From assembly GCA_964016885.1 (NCBI GenBank), contig OZ024741.1, positions 164,300,001 through 164,364,000 of the forward strand: 64,000 nucleotides of DNA, written 5' to 3'. Positions 26,504 through 38,729 of the stretch are shown here, piece after piece. Numbering within the stretch: the first letter of the stretch is position 1; every line of letters starts with the position of its first letter. The notes below the pieces were generated by a model that was not told the DNA's origin, made no database searches, and saw only the letters and a list, made by a program, of their open reading frames with translations. Source of the stretch: Eledone cirrhosa. Its lineage: Eukaryota. Made by a program: the position numbers and the translations under genes.

Positions 26504-26538
<35 letters not shown>

Positions 26539-26663
26539 CATACATACACATACATACACATATACATATGTATGTGTGTAAAACTCAGTCTTAGATAATT
26601 CATATGAACCTTACATATATATAGTAGTAAGGTAATAAAGTAATAAGCAACATAAAGCAATTA

Positions 26664-26723
26664 TTCCATTCACCAGTGGTTTCTTAAAAGCAAAAAATGT
26701 TTCCTTCAATCTTCAGAATGAAA
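26664..26723 (-). ncRNA. Hammerhead motif (PLE family 1, GUG site, probably impaired)
   Basis: Reverse complement of 29448-29507. Confidence 0.7.
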
Positions 26724-26760
26724 AAACCTGGTCTATGTACATATACATACATATACACAC

Positions 26761-26799
<39 letters not shown>

Positions 26800-27161
26800 A
26801 ATATACATACACATACACAGGTATGTGAAGGGCAAGGCAAAAATAATATATGGGGGGGGGGGGGGGGCACATAGAAAAAGGTGAATTATAAGGGGAGGTA
26901 AGGGAGAAAAAAATATATATACAAGAGTACAGAACGTAGATTCAGCAAAATAAAAACCGTAGCAGAAGTAAAGAGCAGAGAGTTCAAGGCGGTTGATTTA
27001 TCATAGGAGTGTCAATCCAGTTACAGATCAGATGCGATTTCAGATGAGGACAGCATCTGAAGATCTCAGTCTTTGAGTTGAGGCAAGCGGAAGTGGCTCT
27101 AAAGTTTAGCAAAATCCTATACTTTTCTGTGGTACACAAAGAACAATTCTTTGTGCCCCTT

Positions 27162-28681
27162 GCAAGTAAGAAAATCTTAAGAAAAATAATTCTCCAAATT
27201 AGAACTAACACTGACCTATCACAGTGGCTAAATACTTCCTCTGTTATTTCTTGGTTTAATAATATACAAGGTAAAAATAAGTGTAGATTTACCCAATTTG
27301 ATATTGGCGATTTTTACCCATCTATTACTGTTTCCTTATTAACTAATGCCTTAGATTTTGCAAGACCCTTCAGTAATATTTCTAAATTAAAAGAAGACAT
27401 TATCTTTCATGCTAGAAAAACTTTACTCTTTACTAATGATAATATTTGGGTTAAAAAGTCAAACCCTGAAAACTCTTTTGATGTTGCAATGGGTTCATAT
27501 GACAGTGCGGATGTGTGTGACTTCGTAGGATTATTCCTTCTCCACACCCTCAAAGAGAAATTTCCGTCCCATAATATCGGTTTATACCGTGATGACGGAT
27601 TAGCAGTTTCTCATACCACCAACGGCCATAACCTTGATAAATTCCGTAAAGATTTAATCAATACTTTTGCTAATCTTAACCTTAAAATCACTATAGATAC
27701 GAACCTTACTAATGCTAACTTTCTTGATATTAATCTTGATCTACTTACCGCCTCTTTTAAACCCTATCATAAACCTAATGAAAATCTTAGGTATATACAC
27801 AAAGAGTCTTGCCATCCCCCTATAGTTTTTAATAATCTTATTCCTAACATTAGCCGTAGGATTTCTATCTTATCTTCGTCTATAGACATTTTTAATAAAG
27901 CCGCCCCTTATTATAATAAAGCCCTTAAGAAAAGCGGTTTTACAGAAAAACATTCTTATTTACCTACCCCCCCCCCTAAAACTAATAACAATAACAGGAA
28001 AAGGAAGATTATTTGGTTCACACCCCCCTTCTCTCTAACTGTCAAAACTAATGTAGGAAGTAAATTCCTTGAACTCTTAGACAAACATTTTCCTCCTAAT
28101 CATAGATATTATAAGATATTTAATAGGAACGTAGTTAACATCAGCTACTCTTGTTGCCCATCTATGAACTCCTAAATCACCAGTTCAAACCATACGAGAA
28201 TAAATCCAGGATGCAGTTGCAGGAAGCCGGATGAATGCCCATTGCAGGGTAAATGTAACACCAAATCTGTTGTTTATGAGGCTAAGATAACACCGGTAAT
28301 CAACAACCAGCCAGCCAGGAGTGAGCGATATGTCGGTATGACCCAGGACAGGTTTAAAACCAGATTTTACTCACATGTCGCTTCTTTTCAGCACTCCGAT
28401 AAACGAACATCAACGGCCCTCGCAAGTAAGGTGTGGGAACTCAAGGATAGTAACATCCTGTACTCTATTGATTGGTCTATATTAGACCATTCGAGGGAGT
28501 ACCAAAGGGGCACAAAGAATTGTTCTTTGTGTACCACAGAAAGTATAGAATTTTGCTAAACTTGAGAGCCACTTCCGCTTGCCTCAACTCAAAGACTGAG
28601 ATCTTCAGATGCTGTCCTCATCTGAAATCGCATCTGATCTGTAACTGGATTGACACTCCTATGATAAATCAACCGCCTTGA
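27162..28681 (+). pseudogene. Penelope-like element ORF: RT plus GIY-YIG endonuclease (Naiad-like), 5'-truncated, one stop and one frameshift
   Basis: FDIGDFYPSI, AMGS, LYRDDG, FLDI, CHPP, IIWFTPPFS; linker CSC..CPL..C; VVY..YVG..RF..H; C-terminal CSLC..EK..LN..E..C.H. TAA at 28173-28175, 1-bp loss near 28540. Confidence 0.92.
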
Positions 28682-28862
28682 ACTCCTTTCCTGCCCTTTA
28701 TTTCTGCTACAGTTTTTATTTTGCTGAATCTACGTTCTGTACTCTTGTATATATATTTTTTCTCCCTTACCTCCCCTTATATTTCACCTTTTCCTATGTC
28801 CCCCCCCCATATATTCTTTTTGCCTTGCCCTTCACATACCTATGTGTATGTGTATGTATGTT

Positions 28863-28909
<47 letters not shown>

Positions 28910-28946
28910 ATATATATATATATGTGTGTGTGTATATATATATATA

Positions 28947-29013
<67 letters not shown>

Positions 29014-29025
29014 ATATATATAATA

Positions 29026-29084
<59 letters not shown>

Positions 29085-29095
29085 ATATATATATA

Positions 29096-29177
<82 letters not shown>

Positions 29178-29180
29178 TAT

Positions 29181-29341
29181 ATAACGAAGGAAATGTGGTA
29201 AGGAACCAGGTGGACCATAACGCACCAAAGTACTCAATACTTGGGGTAGTAGAGTGGGTAATAGGAACCAGTAAGACCCCGACGGCTGAGCTCAAGAGCC
29301 GTCGAAACGGCTTGAGCTCAGCCGTCGGGGTCTTACTGGTT

Positions 29342-29346
<5 letters not shown>
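29181..29346. mobile_element. Small fold-back insert in (TA)n (relative of 43418-43613)
   Basis: Unique 80-bp leader plus palindrome 29261-29346; absent from the left IR arm. Confidence 0.8.
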
Positions 29347-29408
<62 letters not shown>

Positions 29409-29447
29409 GTGTGTATATGTATGTATATGTAGATAGACCAGGTTTTT

Positions 29448-29507
29448 TTTCATTCTGAAGATTGAAGGAAACATTTTTTGCTTTTAAGAAACCACTGGTG
29501 AATGGAA
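29448..29507 (+). ncRNA. Hammerhead motif (PLE family 1, GUG site)
   Basis: TTTCATT-CTGAAGA-stem II-GAAA-CC-act-GG-TG-AATGGAA. Confidence 0.7.
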
Positions 29508-29624
29508 TAATTGCTTTATGTTGCTTATTACTTTATTACCTTACTACTATATATATGTAAGGTTCATATGAATTATCTAAGACTGAGTTTTACACACACA
29601 CACATGTATATGTGTATGTATGTG

Positions 29625-29673
<49 letters not shown>

Positions 29674-30055
29674 GTGTTTGTATTTGGTTGTGCGTACTTA
29701 TGATATGTACGTATTTGTATGTGTATAATTGTATAGCTATGTATGTATATGTGTGTGTGTATGTATACATATATGTGTGTGTGTGTATTTTTATATTTAT
29801 GTATATATATATATCTATGTGTATATAATTACATATACATATGTGTATGTATAATGGTATACGTGTGCGTGTTTGTGCATGTATTTGTGTATGTGTATGT
29901 ATGTGTTTATGTATTTGTATATGTATATTTATGTGCGAGAGTGTGTGTATGTATTTACTATTTCGTACGTATGTATACGTGCATTTGTGTGTATTACCTA
30001 CCACGCGTGCCTGTCCAGTTAGCTGCAGTCTGTATCGCTGCCAAAATTTTTTTTA

Positions 30056-30109
<54 letters not shown>

Positions 30110-30513
30110 TTCTTATATTTATTTGCGTGTGTGAATATGTAGAGGAGTGCATTTATGTATGTGTATGTATGTACGTGTGTAAATATGTATGATTGTGTGC
30201 ATGTATCTATGTATGTATATGTATGTGTGTATGGCTATGTTTGTGTATGTGTATGCTTGTACACACACACATATATATATGTATATGTATATATATATAT
30301 GTATGTATATGTGTGTATGTATATGTATTTATATTTATGTTTCTATGTGTATGTATGTGTGTATATATGTGTGTGTGGTTGTATATATGTATGTGTATAT
30401 ATGGATGTGTTGATATTTATGTGCGTATGTATATATGTGTATATGTATGTGTTTGTGTGTATTTATATACACATATATATGTGTGTATATATGTGTGTGT
30501 GTATGTGTGTATG

Positions 30514-30574
<61 letters not shown>

Positions 30575-30732
30575 ATGTATGCTTTTGTGTGTGAGTGTGC
30601 GTGTTTTTGTGTGTGTGTTTGCATGTGTAGTTTTATTTTATTTTTACTTTCCTTCTTCCTTGTCCAGCCTCACTTTCATATAGATTGCATTTTTGTTTTT
30701 AAAATCCAAATTCAATAAACAGACCCAAATTT

Positions 30733-30792
30733 TTTCATTCTGAGGATTGAAAGCAAACTCTTTTGCTTTTAAGAAACCACTGGTAAATGGAA
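30733..30792 (+). ncRNA. Type-I hammerhead ribozyme (PLE family 1, intact core)
   Basis: 7-bp stem I, CTGAGGA, 11-bp stem II, GAAA-CC-act-GG-TA (GUA cleavage after 30785). Confidence 0.88.
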
Positions 30793-30841
30793 TAATTGCC
30801 TTATGTTGTTTATTACATAACTATATATACATATATACAAA

Positions 30842-30921
30842 CACAGTGTCCCAAAATATGTATGCACACTTCAACAGCAAAGTAATCAAAGTGTGTATAT
30901 ATTTTGGAGGGGACACCGTGT
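30842..30921. mobile_element. Tc1/mariner-type MITE (relative at 48430-48534)
   Basis: Imperfect TIRs CACAGTGTCCCAAAATATGTATGCACACTT / AAGTGTGTATATATTTTGG..GGGACACCGTG. Confidence 0.6.
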
Positions 30922-31000
30922 GTATATATATATATATATGTGTGTGTGTGTGCATGTGTAACTAGTAAAACTGTAAAAACGCAGCGGTATATTTTAATTT

Positions 31001-31016
31001 GGCCCTTTTAAGGGCC
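31001..31016 (+). other. Histone-mRNA-type 3' stem-loop motif (orphan)
   Basis: GGCCCT-TTTA-AGGGCC-ACAT; embedded in a block (~30992-31132) homologous in inverted orientation to 1-208. Confidence 0.5.
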
Positions 31017-31530
31017 ACATATATTTTCATTTAAGTAACTCCACTTACATCTATATGCTTTAATAAAAAAAAAATTAAAAAAATCGTGAAAAAAAAAATT
31101 TCATTTAAGTAACTCCACTTACGCGTGGTAGTAATACGGAAATAAACGATGTTTTGCTTCATCGGCTGCTTCGACTGACAGCTAATAGTGTTGTAGTGCC
31201 GAATGGTACTATAATGGCATAGTGGTCTCAGTGTCGTTTACAGTGCTCTGTGGTATTTGTCAGTTCTCTGCGCTCTGAGCTCAGGTGTTGCCTTTCAACT
31301 TTACGTGATACAGAAATAAACAAACCATTAACCACTGAATGGATATTATCGATGTCACTCTCGCGCGCACATCTCTATCTTGAAAGTGATTAGCTTCAAC
31401 GAGTCATTTTCTTCTTTTGCCGGATACTTACACACATACGCATACACACACACATATATATATATATGTGTCCCAAGGCTCTGATACCATCAACACTATA
31501 AACACAGCTGGCATATCTAAGAACTGACTA

Positions 31531-31586
31531 ACTGCCTGATGAGGTCATAGCCATTCAATGGCTATCATCGAAATATATATAGCAGT
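31531..31586 (+). ncRNA. Type-I hammerhead ribozyme motif, palindromic stem III
   Basis: ACTGC-CTGATGA-GGTcATAGCCAT/ATGGCTATcATC-GAAA-TATATA-TA-GCAGT. Confidence 0.8.
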
Positions 31587-31639
31587 AAATAAAGGATTAT
31601 GAGTTCATGCAATTGACTTATGCTTCGTCACTACAGTTG

Positions 31640-32640
31640 ACAGGTCGGGGATGTTTGAAATTCTACAACTCTATGGGATTCCTGATAAAATCATACGCGG
31701 CCATACCAAATCAACTGTCCTGACCCCAGATGGGGAAACACCACCTTTCTCAATCCTCGCTGGAATTTTACAGTGCGATACCCTTGCTCCATATCTATTT
31801 ATCATTGTTGTGGATAGGATTCAGGATAGGGGATACCAACTACAGCCTAGGAGAAGCTCACGCTACCCAGCAAAATACTTGACCGACACCGACTTTGCTG
31901 ACGACATCGCACATGGAAAATGCTGAGAGTCTTTTGAAGTCATTAGAGCAAGCGTCCAACTGTGTTGGACTGTACCTCAACGAATCCAAGACTGAGTATG
32001 TGAACAGATGCGCAAACAGCCCAAACTACCCCATCAGAACCCTTAATGGTACCACCCTTAAGCAGGTGGAATATTACAAGGCTCTTGGCTCATATATCTC
32101 CTCCTCCAAAAAAGATTTTCTAACCAGGAAGGGTATGGCATGGTCAGCGTGCAATGACATGCACGCCATATGGACATCTCAACTTACCAACAAGCTAAAA
32201 CTGGAAATATTCCAAGCAACCATTAAGCCCATATTACTTTATGGATCCGAAACTTGGACACTAACATCACAACTTGAGAGGAGATTGGATGGCACATATA
32301 CCCGCCTCTTAATGAGAGTGCAAAACCTATCCTGGAAACGACATCCCACCTTGTCTAAAATCTATGGCAAACTCCCACGAGCCTCTGCCCTTCTAAAATC
32401 CCGGAGAGCTCAATTTGCTGGCCACTGTCACCGTGCCAGCAATGAAATCATATCCGCTCTCTTGCTCTGGAACCCTGACTCCAGCCTGACTAGGAGTAGG
32501 AAGCTGTCATTCCCTGACGTTATCTCTAGGGATACAGGAATCAGTAGACAGGACCTGGGGGCAGCGATGGGAGACAGGGAATTCTGGGGCATGAGGGTGA
32601 GATCCATCATCTCGACAGTAGTCGACGAATGATGATGATG

Positions 32641-32642
<2 letters not shown>
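31640..32642 (+). mobile_element. 5'-truncated RTE-like LINE with (GAT)n tail
   Basis: GILQCDTLAP, DFADDI, LGSYI, LLYGSETW, FAGHC; tail GATGATGATG directly after the stop. Confidence 0.9.
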
Positions 32643-32680
<38 letters not shown>

Positions 32681-32744
32681 ATATGAAGTAATTCCGTCGG
32701 AAAAGTCCAGGAAAAAAGAGTGCTCTATGTAGGTAACAGAGCTT

Positions 32745-32981
32745 AATTATTATTATGTAATAAACAACATAAGGCAATTATTCCATTTACCAGTGGTTTC
32801 TTAAAAGCAAAAGGTTTTGCTTTCAAACCTCAGAATGAAAAAATCCTGGTTTGTTTATTGAAATTCAATAAACAAACCAGGATTTTTTCATTCTGAGGAT
32901 TGAAATCAAAACCTTTTGCTTTTAAGAAACCACTGGTAAATGGAATAATTGCCTTATGTTGTTTATTACATAATAATAATA
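32745..32981. repeat. Spacer-less palindrome of two PLE-family-1 hammerhead arms
   Basis: Axis at TTGAAATTCAA (~32863); HHR 32781-32840(-) with CTGAGGT core change, HHR 32886-32945(+) with intact core; left flank 32684-32747 matches 25273-25336. Confidence 0.9.
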
Positions 32982-33309
32982 ATATATATATATATATATA
33001 TGCGTGACGATGCACGCAAATATTTATTTATACATATGTATGTGTTTATACATATGTATGTGTATATATCTATGTGGTTGGGAGGTATGTTGCAGATATG
33101 CATAATATTAAACACATGAATGGTAATTGTATATATGAGGACATGAATGTTAATCGTATATATTTGTCTGTATATACTGTGAAATTTTTATAACACAAAG
33201 AATGTATAGCAGTGATTAAGAGAAATCATTTACGTTTTGTATGGCTATATTGTTGGCTTGAGTAAACATAATTTCTATTTTCAGGATGTGCGTATCTATA
33301 TTTTTTTTT

Positions 33310-33520
33310 CATTTCATTTTACGTCCGCTTTTCCCTGCTTGCAAGGGTGGGACGGGAACTGATTTTGGCTTGATTTCTACAGCTGGATGCCCTTCCTAAC
33401 ACCAACCTCATTTACAGTGAGTGCTGGGTGCTTTTTTGCCGTGGCACCTCCACGACCACTTTGCAGTGGAATGATAGGGACCCCAGTCCCTATCATCTCA
33501 TTTCTACAGCTGAGTAAACT
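33310..33520 (-). mobile_element. SINE family A, 3' half
   Basis: Matches 7490-7745 and 56450-56658. Confidence 0.85.
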
Positions 33521-34334
33521 GTATAAAAAGTATATATATATACATATATATTTGTATGTCCTTGCATGGAATACTGATCTCTATAGCAAGGGTACATTTT
33601 GAACTCAGATTTTGATATATTGATCTCAAGTTTCCAAACTAAACATATAGTCATTATTGATCAATGTTTAACTTCTCATATTATATATCTATGTCCCATT
33701 CATGAATATTGATACTTATATTTTTATTATTCATTTCATATAAATTGTTAACTCAACTTAATATGACATGACGTAAAGTTTTCATTGCACCCCCTCTCTC
33801 TATATAGTATTTCTCTCTCTTGAGTTTTTCTCTCTGTGTGACGACTTGATATCTCTCTGTTGCTTTCCTTTGTTTTTCTTATTTCTTCCTTTTCTTTCTT
33901 TTTTTATTTTTTATTTTTATTTCCTCCTATCTTTATTTATCTCTTTCTTTTCTCCATACATTTCTCACACTCTCCGTTATTTATCTCTTTCTTTTCTCCA
34001 TACATTTCTCTCTTTCTCTCCGATTTTCTTTCTATCCATTTTCTATCCAGGTTTTCTTTCTATCTTTCTCTCTCTCCGTCTTTTTTCTTTTTCTCCGTCT
34101 TTTTCTAATTGTGCTTAACACTATGACTTATTAAAACAATATAAACAAATCACTATCCAGACAGCCTCCGAAAGTAATGGTTGTATTTTAAAGGGTACGT
34201 CAAAGCTATTTGTAAAACTGTTATATATTGTATTTTGTCTGATGAAGGCATACCATAATTTAATATGGTATCCCTGAAATATGTATAATGAAATAAATAT
34301 GGTTTTATAAATATAGTTTCCATTTATTAATATC

Positions 34335-34370
<36 letters not shown>

Positions 34371-34843
34371 GTAAAAAAGAAGAAACAGTAGAAAACGCTA
34401 AACATTTATTTACAAAAAGGAATTTATCGTACCAGTTTCAGCTACGTGGGCTGCGGAAGTGTACAATAAAATTTATAATGGAGTCAAGTTGTATATTAAT
34501 AAGAATATGGTATGAAGTAACATGGTTTACATACATATATAGAGAATATATATACAATGTTGTTTATTGCTTTCTCTCCTTGGTTGTGTTGACCATAACT
34601 TCAGCAGTGGTAGTATACATATATATCCGTATGTAGTTGACAGCTGAGAGAAAGGAGAACTCAATACCAGAGAAAGGTTTTAATATTCATTTTTATTAAG
34701 GCTAAAATGTGAGTCTTGTTACTCTGGAAGTTCGCCTGTTTATCATAAGAGTTCTTGTCTGATGACCCTGTGATAAACAGGCGAAACTCCATACATATAT
34801 ACTGTGGCGGACTGGGTCTAAAATCATTGGTTTCCAGGAGATA

Positions 34844-35265
34844 AAGCGTGTCCGAAAGTCTTGTCACCCCCTACCAAAAAGTAATGAGAAACAGTTTATG
34901 TTCCCATCGCAGAAGGAGCTGGTTTGCCGAATCTTGCAGTGAAGTCATGTCGCACATACCCCATGCTGTTGCCAGAATGCACACAATCATGTGTCCATAC
35001 ACTTGCAAGCAGCCTCTCTTCCAAACTGTAGGAGCTCTGAAATAGAAAATTATATTATTATTATTATATATTATAATTAATGAAATTATATATATTATTA
35101 AAACAAAAAATAATTGTTTCTATTTGTGACACAAGGCCAGCAATTAACCCCAGTGCATTACTGGTGCTTTATTTTATCGACTCCGTAGGGATGAAAGGCA
35201 AAGTTAATCTCGGCGGGATTAAAACAATTTGTGACAAGGGGTGACAAGATTTTCAGACCGCCCTG
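34844..35265 (-). mobile_element. Internally deleted Tc1/mariner-type element with transposase N-terminal remnant and a SINE-B insert
   Basis: TIRs GTCCGAAAGTCTTGTCACCCC / GGGGTGACAAGATTTTCAGACCGCCCTG; minus frame SYSLEERLLASVWTH..V..DF..RFGKPAPS then LRWEHKLF resembles a DUF4817-type HTH. Confidence 0.65.
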
Positions 35266-35459
35266 GCCTTTATTTTTTATAACGAATAAACATTTTCAAA
35301 AAATACATAACTGGAAACAAAAAAAGGCAATCAAATTTCTGCGGAAAAAAATGTATAATTTTTTTTTTACTAATTATAGTGTTTACTGCTAGTAATATGT
35401 ATAGTATATTTATACTATACATATTACTGTCAGTATACAGTAATACCGAATGTAAATAC

Positions 35460-35572
35460 AAAATCCCGCCAAGGTTAACTTTGCCTTTCATCCTTACGGG
35501 GTCGATAAAATAAAGTACCAGTAATGTACTGGGTAATTGTTGGCCTTGTGCCTAAAGTAGAAACAATTATAA
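35460..35572 (+). mobile_element. SINE family B fragment, inverted relative to the copy at 35108-35222
   Basis: AAATCCCGCCAAGGTTAACTTTGCCTTTCATCC...GTAGAAACAATTA. Confidence 0.8.
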
Positions 35573-36079
35573 TTGAATTTTTAAATAATTGTGAATGTAT
35601 ATTATACTGTTATTTTGAAAAGTTTTAACCAAACTGAAAATAAATTCCTATAAATCTATAAATCTATTTCAATATTTTTATTGAAGACTTTTCACTGTCA
35701 AAGAGTTAACTATGTTTTCTTATAAAAATCATGGCATTGCAGTCAATACCACATCTTCTTATATATATATATCATTTGTTTGTTTGCTCTTTACAAAAGA
35801 GATTTTTTTCATGGCTTTGATTTCTTCTACTTTTAATATTTTACATCTTTCTATTATTCGTTTTTCCACTGCTCTTGCCATTATTGTTTTTATAATGCCC
35901 TTATAAATTTTTGAAAATAAAAGTATATTATACATGTACCAATTTAAACATTTTAAAAATAATTAGGGCATATTTTAAAATAGTTTACTTGTACTGCACA
36001 CTTTACACATTGACAAATAGTTCAAATGTGTATTACATGTAGTCCATTATATAAAGAGCAATCGTTTGAGTTCACTGGA

Positions 36080-37650
36080 TGATTGTGCAAATCTAGGAAG
36101 TAGATTAACTCAAATTCATCCTCGTTCAGCAGCATATTGTTCTTTTCCGCCCATTTGATAACAGCCAGTAGGTCTGACAGAAGGCATGTCCTCCACTTCA
36201 TTGATGACCTTCTGGAGCTTGGAATCATCTGCAAAGATTCTTATGTTGCTGTGCTTGATGATGTCAGTAATGTCATTAATGTAGATGATGAAAAGAAGTG
36301 GGCCCAACATTGCCTTGCGGGACGCCACTGCTGACTTTGGCAGGGTTTGATTTTACTCCTTCGACTACAACTTTGGGTTTTGTCTGTCAGGAAATACTTG
36401 ATCTACTGTAGTAACTTTCCAGAGACACCAATGTTGGATAGTTTTTTTCTATAGAATCTTATAATCAACCCTGTCAAAGGCATTGCTGAAATCACAGTAG
36501 ATGATATCGGTGTTGGAGCCCTCTCCCAAAGCTCTCAAAATATCATCAAAGGGATACATGAGCTGTGTTAGGTAGCTCCTTCCATTATGGAACCCATGCT
36601 GGTTGGAGTTCAACAGTCTGTTGCTTTCAGGAAAGTGGGTTATTCGTGATCTCACCACCCTCTCAAATACCTTAATGATATGACAGGTGAGTGAGATCAG
36701 ATGGCAGTTCACTGCAAGGGACTTGTTTTCCCTTTTTGTAAACTGGGATAACAGACTGGGACAGAAAGTTTTCAGGAATATAGCCAGCATCCAGTGAGTT
36801 ACTCCATAGATTAAAAAGAGGGGATGCAAGTTGGTGTCAACACACCTTCAGGACTCAAGCAGGGAACCTATTGGGGCCTGCTGCTAAATTGTGTTTAATT
36901 TTGTTTATTGCTGCTAAGATATCAGGGGCGCCAAATGTTATGTCCGATATAGGGTGTTGGGGGATTAACATCACTGATACAGCCCAGATCAGCCATATCA
37001 GGATTGTAGAAAACAGAGCAGTATTGTTTCTGCAGTATCTCACCCATGGTTTTGGCATTATGTTGGAGTGTGCCATTTTCATCAACTAGGGGGCCAACAG
37101 TGGAGAGTGACATTGTGTTTTTGTCACAAATGAAAAGAACACTTTGGGGTTGAGTTTGATTTTCTCAATGGCCCACCTCTGTTCAGATGTTCTCTGGTTA
37201 TTGATGATGGTCTTCATGCATTATTGGAGGTTATATTTTTTTGATTTAAGCAGTGCGATAGCCGTCGGATATATGTGTTGCTGTTGGCAGTATTTTAGTG
37301 TGTTAATTTTTTTGTTTGTTCTTTTTATTTTTCTGATCATTGTTTTTCTGTTTTGGGGGATACTGCGCTTAGTTTTGTTCACAGATCTTGGTGGGGTGTG
37401 TTTTGCACATATGTTTGTGACAGTGTCTACAAAGATCTGCCAAGATATTTTGATGTTGGTGGAGATGTGTGTGTATGCCAAAGACCAGTCAACATGTGAT
37501 AGCTTGTTCATGATTACATCCCAGTTGGCATTGTAGAGATCCATGTTATCAAATGGGTGGGCTGGAGAGGTCACTAGGATTAGTTTTCGCCTGGTGGAAT
37601 CTCAGGTTGCAAAGAAACATTTTATGGTCTGAAAGAAGAGTTTTTTCTAT
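36080..37650 (-). mobile_element. Degenerate CR1-like LINE (RT region)
   Basis: AAGPNRFP, ISLTCHIIKVFE, NQHGF..GRS, DFSNAFDRVD, LGPLLFIIYIND, FADDSK across frameshifted ORFs. Confidence 0.9.
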
Positions 37651-37691
37651 ATATGTATATCATCATCATCATCATCATCATTTTACGTCCG

Positions 37692-37764
<73 letters not shown>

Positions 37765-37767
<3 letters not shown>

Positions 37768-38050
37768 AGTGTTTGGGCTAGTTTAGGATTAAGGTTAGGT
37801 TTAGCGTTAGGATTAGGGTTAATGTTAGGGTCAGGGTTAGGCTTAGGCTAGTGGTAGTATTGAGGTTAGGGTTAGCATTAGGGTTAGAGTTGGGGTTAGG
37901 GTTAGGGTAGGCTTAGTGTTAGTTTAGGGTTGGAGTTATGTTATGTTAGGGTTAGGCTTATAGTTTGGGTTTGGGTAAAGGTTAGGTTTAAGTTTAGGGT
38001 TAGGGTTTGGGTTATGTTTAGGGTTAGAATAGGGTTTGGGTTACGGTTAA
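37765..38050 (+). repeat. Degenerate interstitial telomere-like (TTAGGG)n
   Basis: Many exact TTAGGG units among single-base variants. Confidence 0.85.
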
Positions 38051-38729
38051 TCAGTACCTATTTTTACCATCATGAAATATGTTTTAAAATTTCTTAGTGG
38101 ATGTGAGAACTGTAAAGTATTTTGAAATGCTGCCAATTAAGTTGCAACCTGGACTAATTTAAGGTTTCATCATCATCAGAGAATTTTCTTCAGTCTATCA
38201 ACATATTCAAATCTAAATAGATCAACTGATAAATTTTTTTATTTACAAGGGCTATGATTATTCCAGAAATATTTCCACTTTACTACAGTGATCCAATTAT
38301 TTGCCCATTGCATTTGTGTGTGACTTCACCAGCTTGGATAGCCAGTGATATCTGTTTATCTTCCACATAAATATTCTGTAGTTCAGCAGCTCAACATGTG
38401 AAGACCAGTACATATTTTCAAATAGAAATATGGTTGTTTCTCTCACTTCTGTTCCTAATTAACATGGCAGTCGTTAATGGACTTAATGCGTTATTTGTGG
38501 TAATAACATTACTCCGGATCCTATGGTAGTATTCACAGAAATTTTGATGATAATGGCAATGGATAAGGGAAGAGAAGATAATGGTAGACAGCAATGATGG
38601 TGAAAATGATAACAGGCATTTCAAGAAAAAGGAAGAAAAGCATAAGTCACAACAAAAATATTTTTTAATAATCTTTATTGTCAGAAAAAAGCTGACCAAA
38701 TAACAGAACCCGGAAAAAAAATGACTATT

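Larger units (their letters stand above)
25337..30822. repeat. 5.5-kb inverted-repeat structure around a Penelope-like ORF (arms ~25337-27161 and ~28506-30822)
   Basis: Left arm is the reverse complement of the ORF 3' end plus the whole downstream region, including two HHRs and the microsatellites. Confidence 0.9.

Noticed and set aside
27078-27161. N-terminus of the 365-aa ORF as genuine protein
   Set aside because: It is the antisense inverted arm fused by chance to the truncated RT.
28173-28175. In-frame stop in the PLE ORF as possible selenocysteine (known in some Naiad PLEs)
   Set aside because: The stop is TAA, not TGA, and the linker cysteines use TGC/TGT.
24089-30718. YI/VC/HT-rich ORFs
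   Set aside because: Translations of (TA)n/(TG)n microsatellites.
1-31132. A 31-kb giant DNA transposon bounded by the inverted 1-208 / 30992-31132 blocks
   Set aside because: Left end coincides with the window edge so no TSD can be checked, arms are gapped, and the interior has no fitting transposase or viral-type genes.
34235-34795. Two HHR-like cores (34239, 34759) as functional ribozymes
   Set aside because: Good CTGATGA/stem II/GAAA but the cleavage-site register is broken; counted only as degenerate relics.
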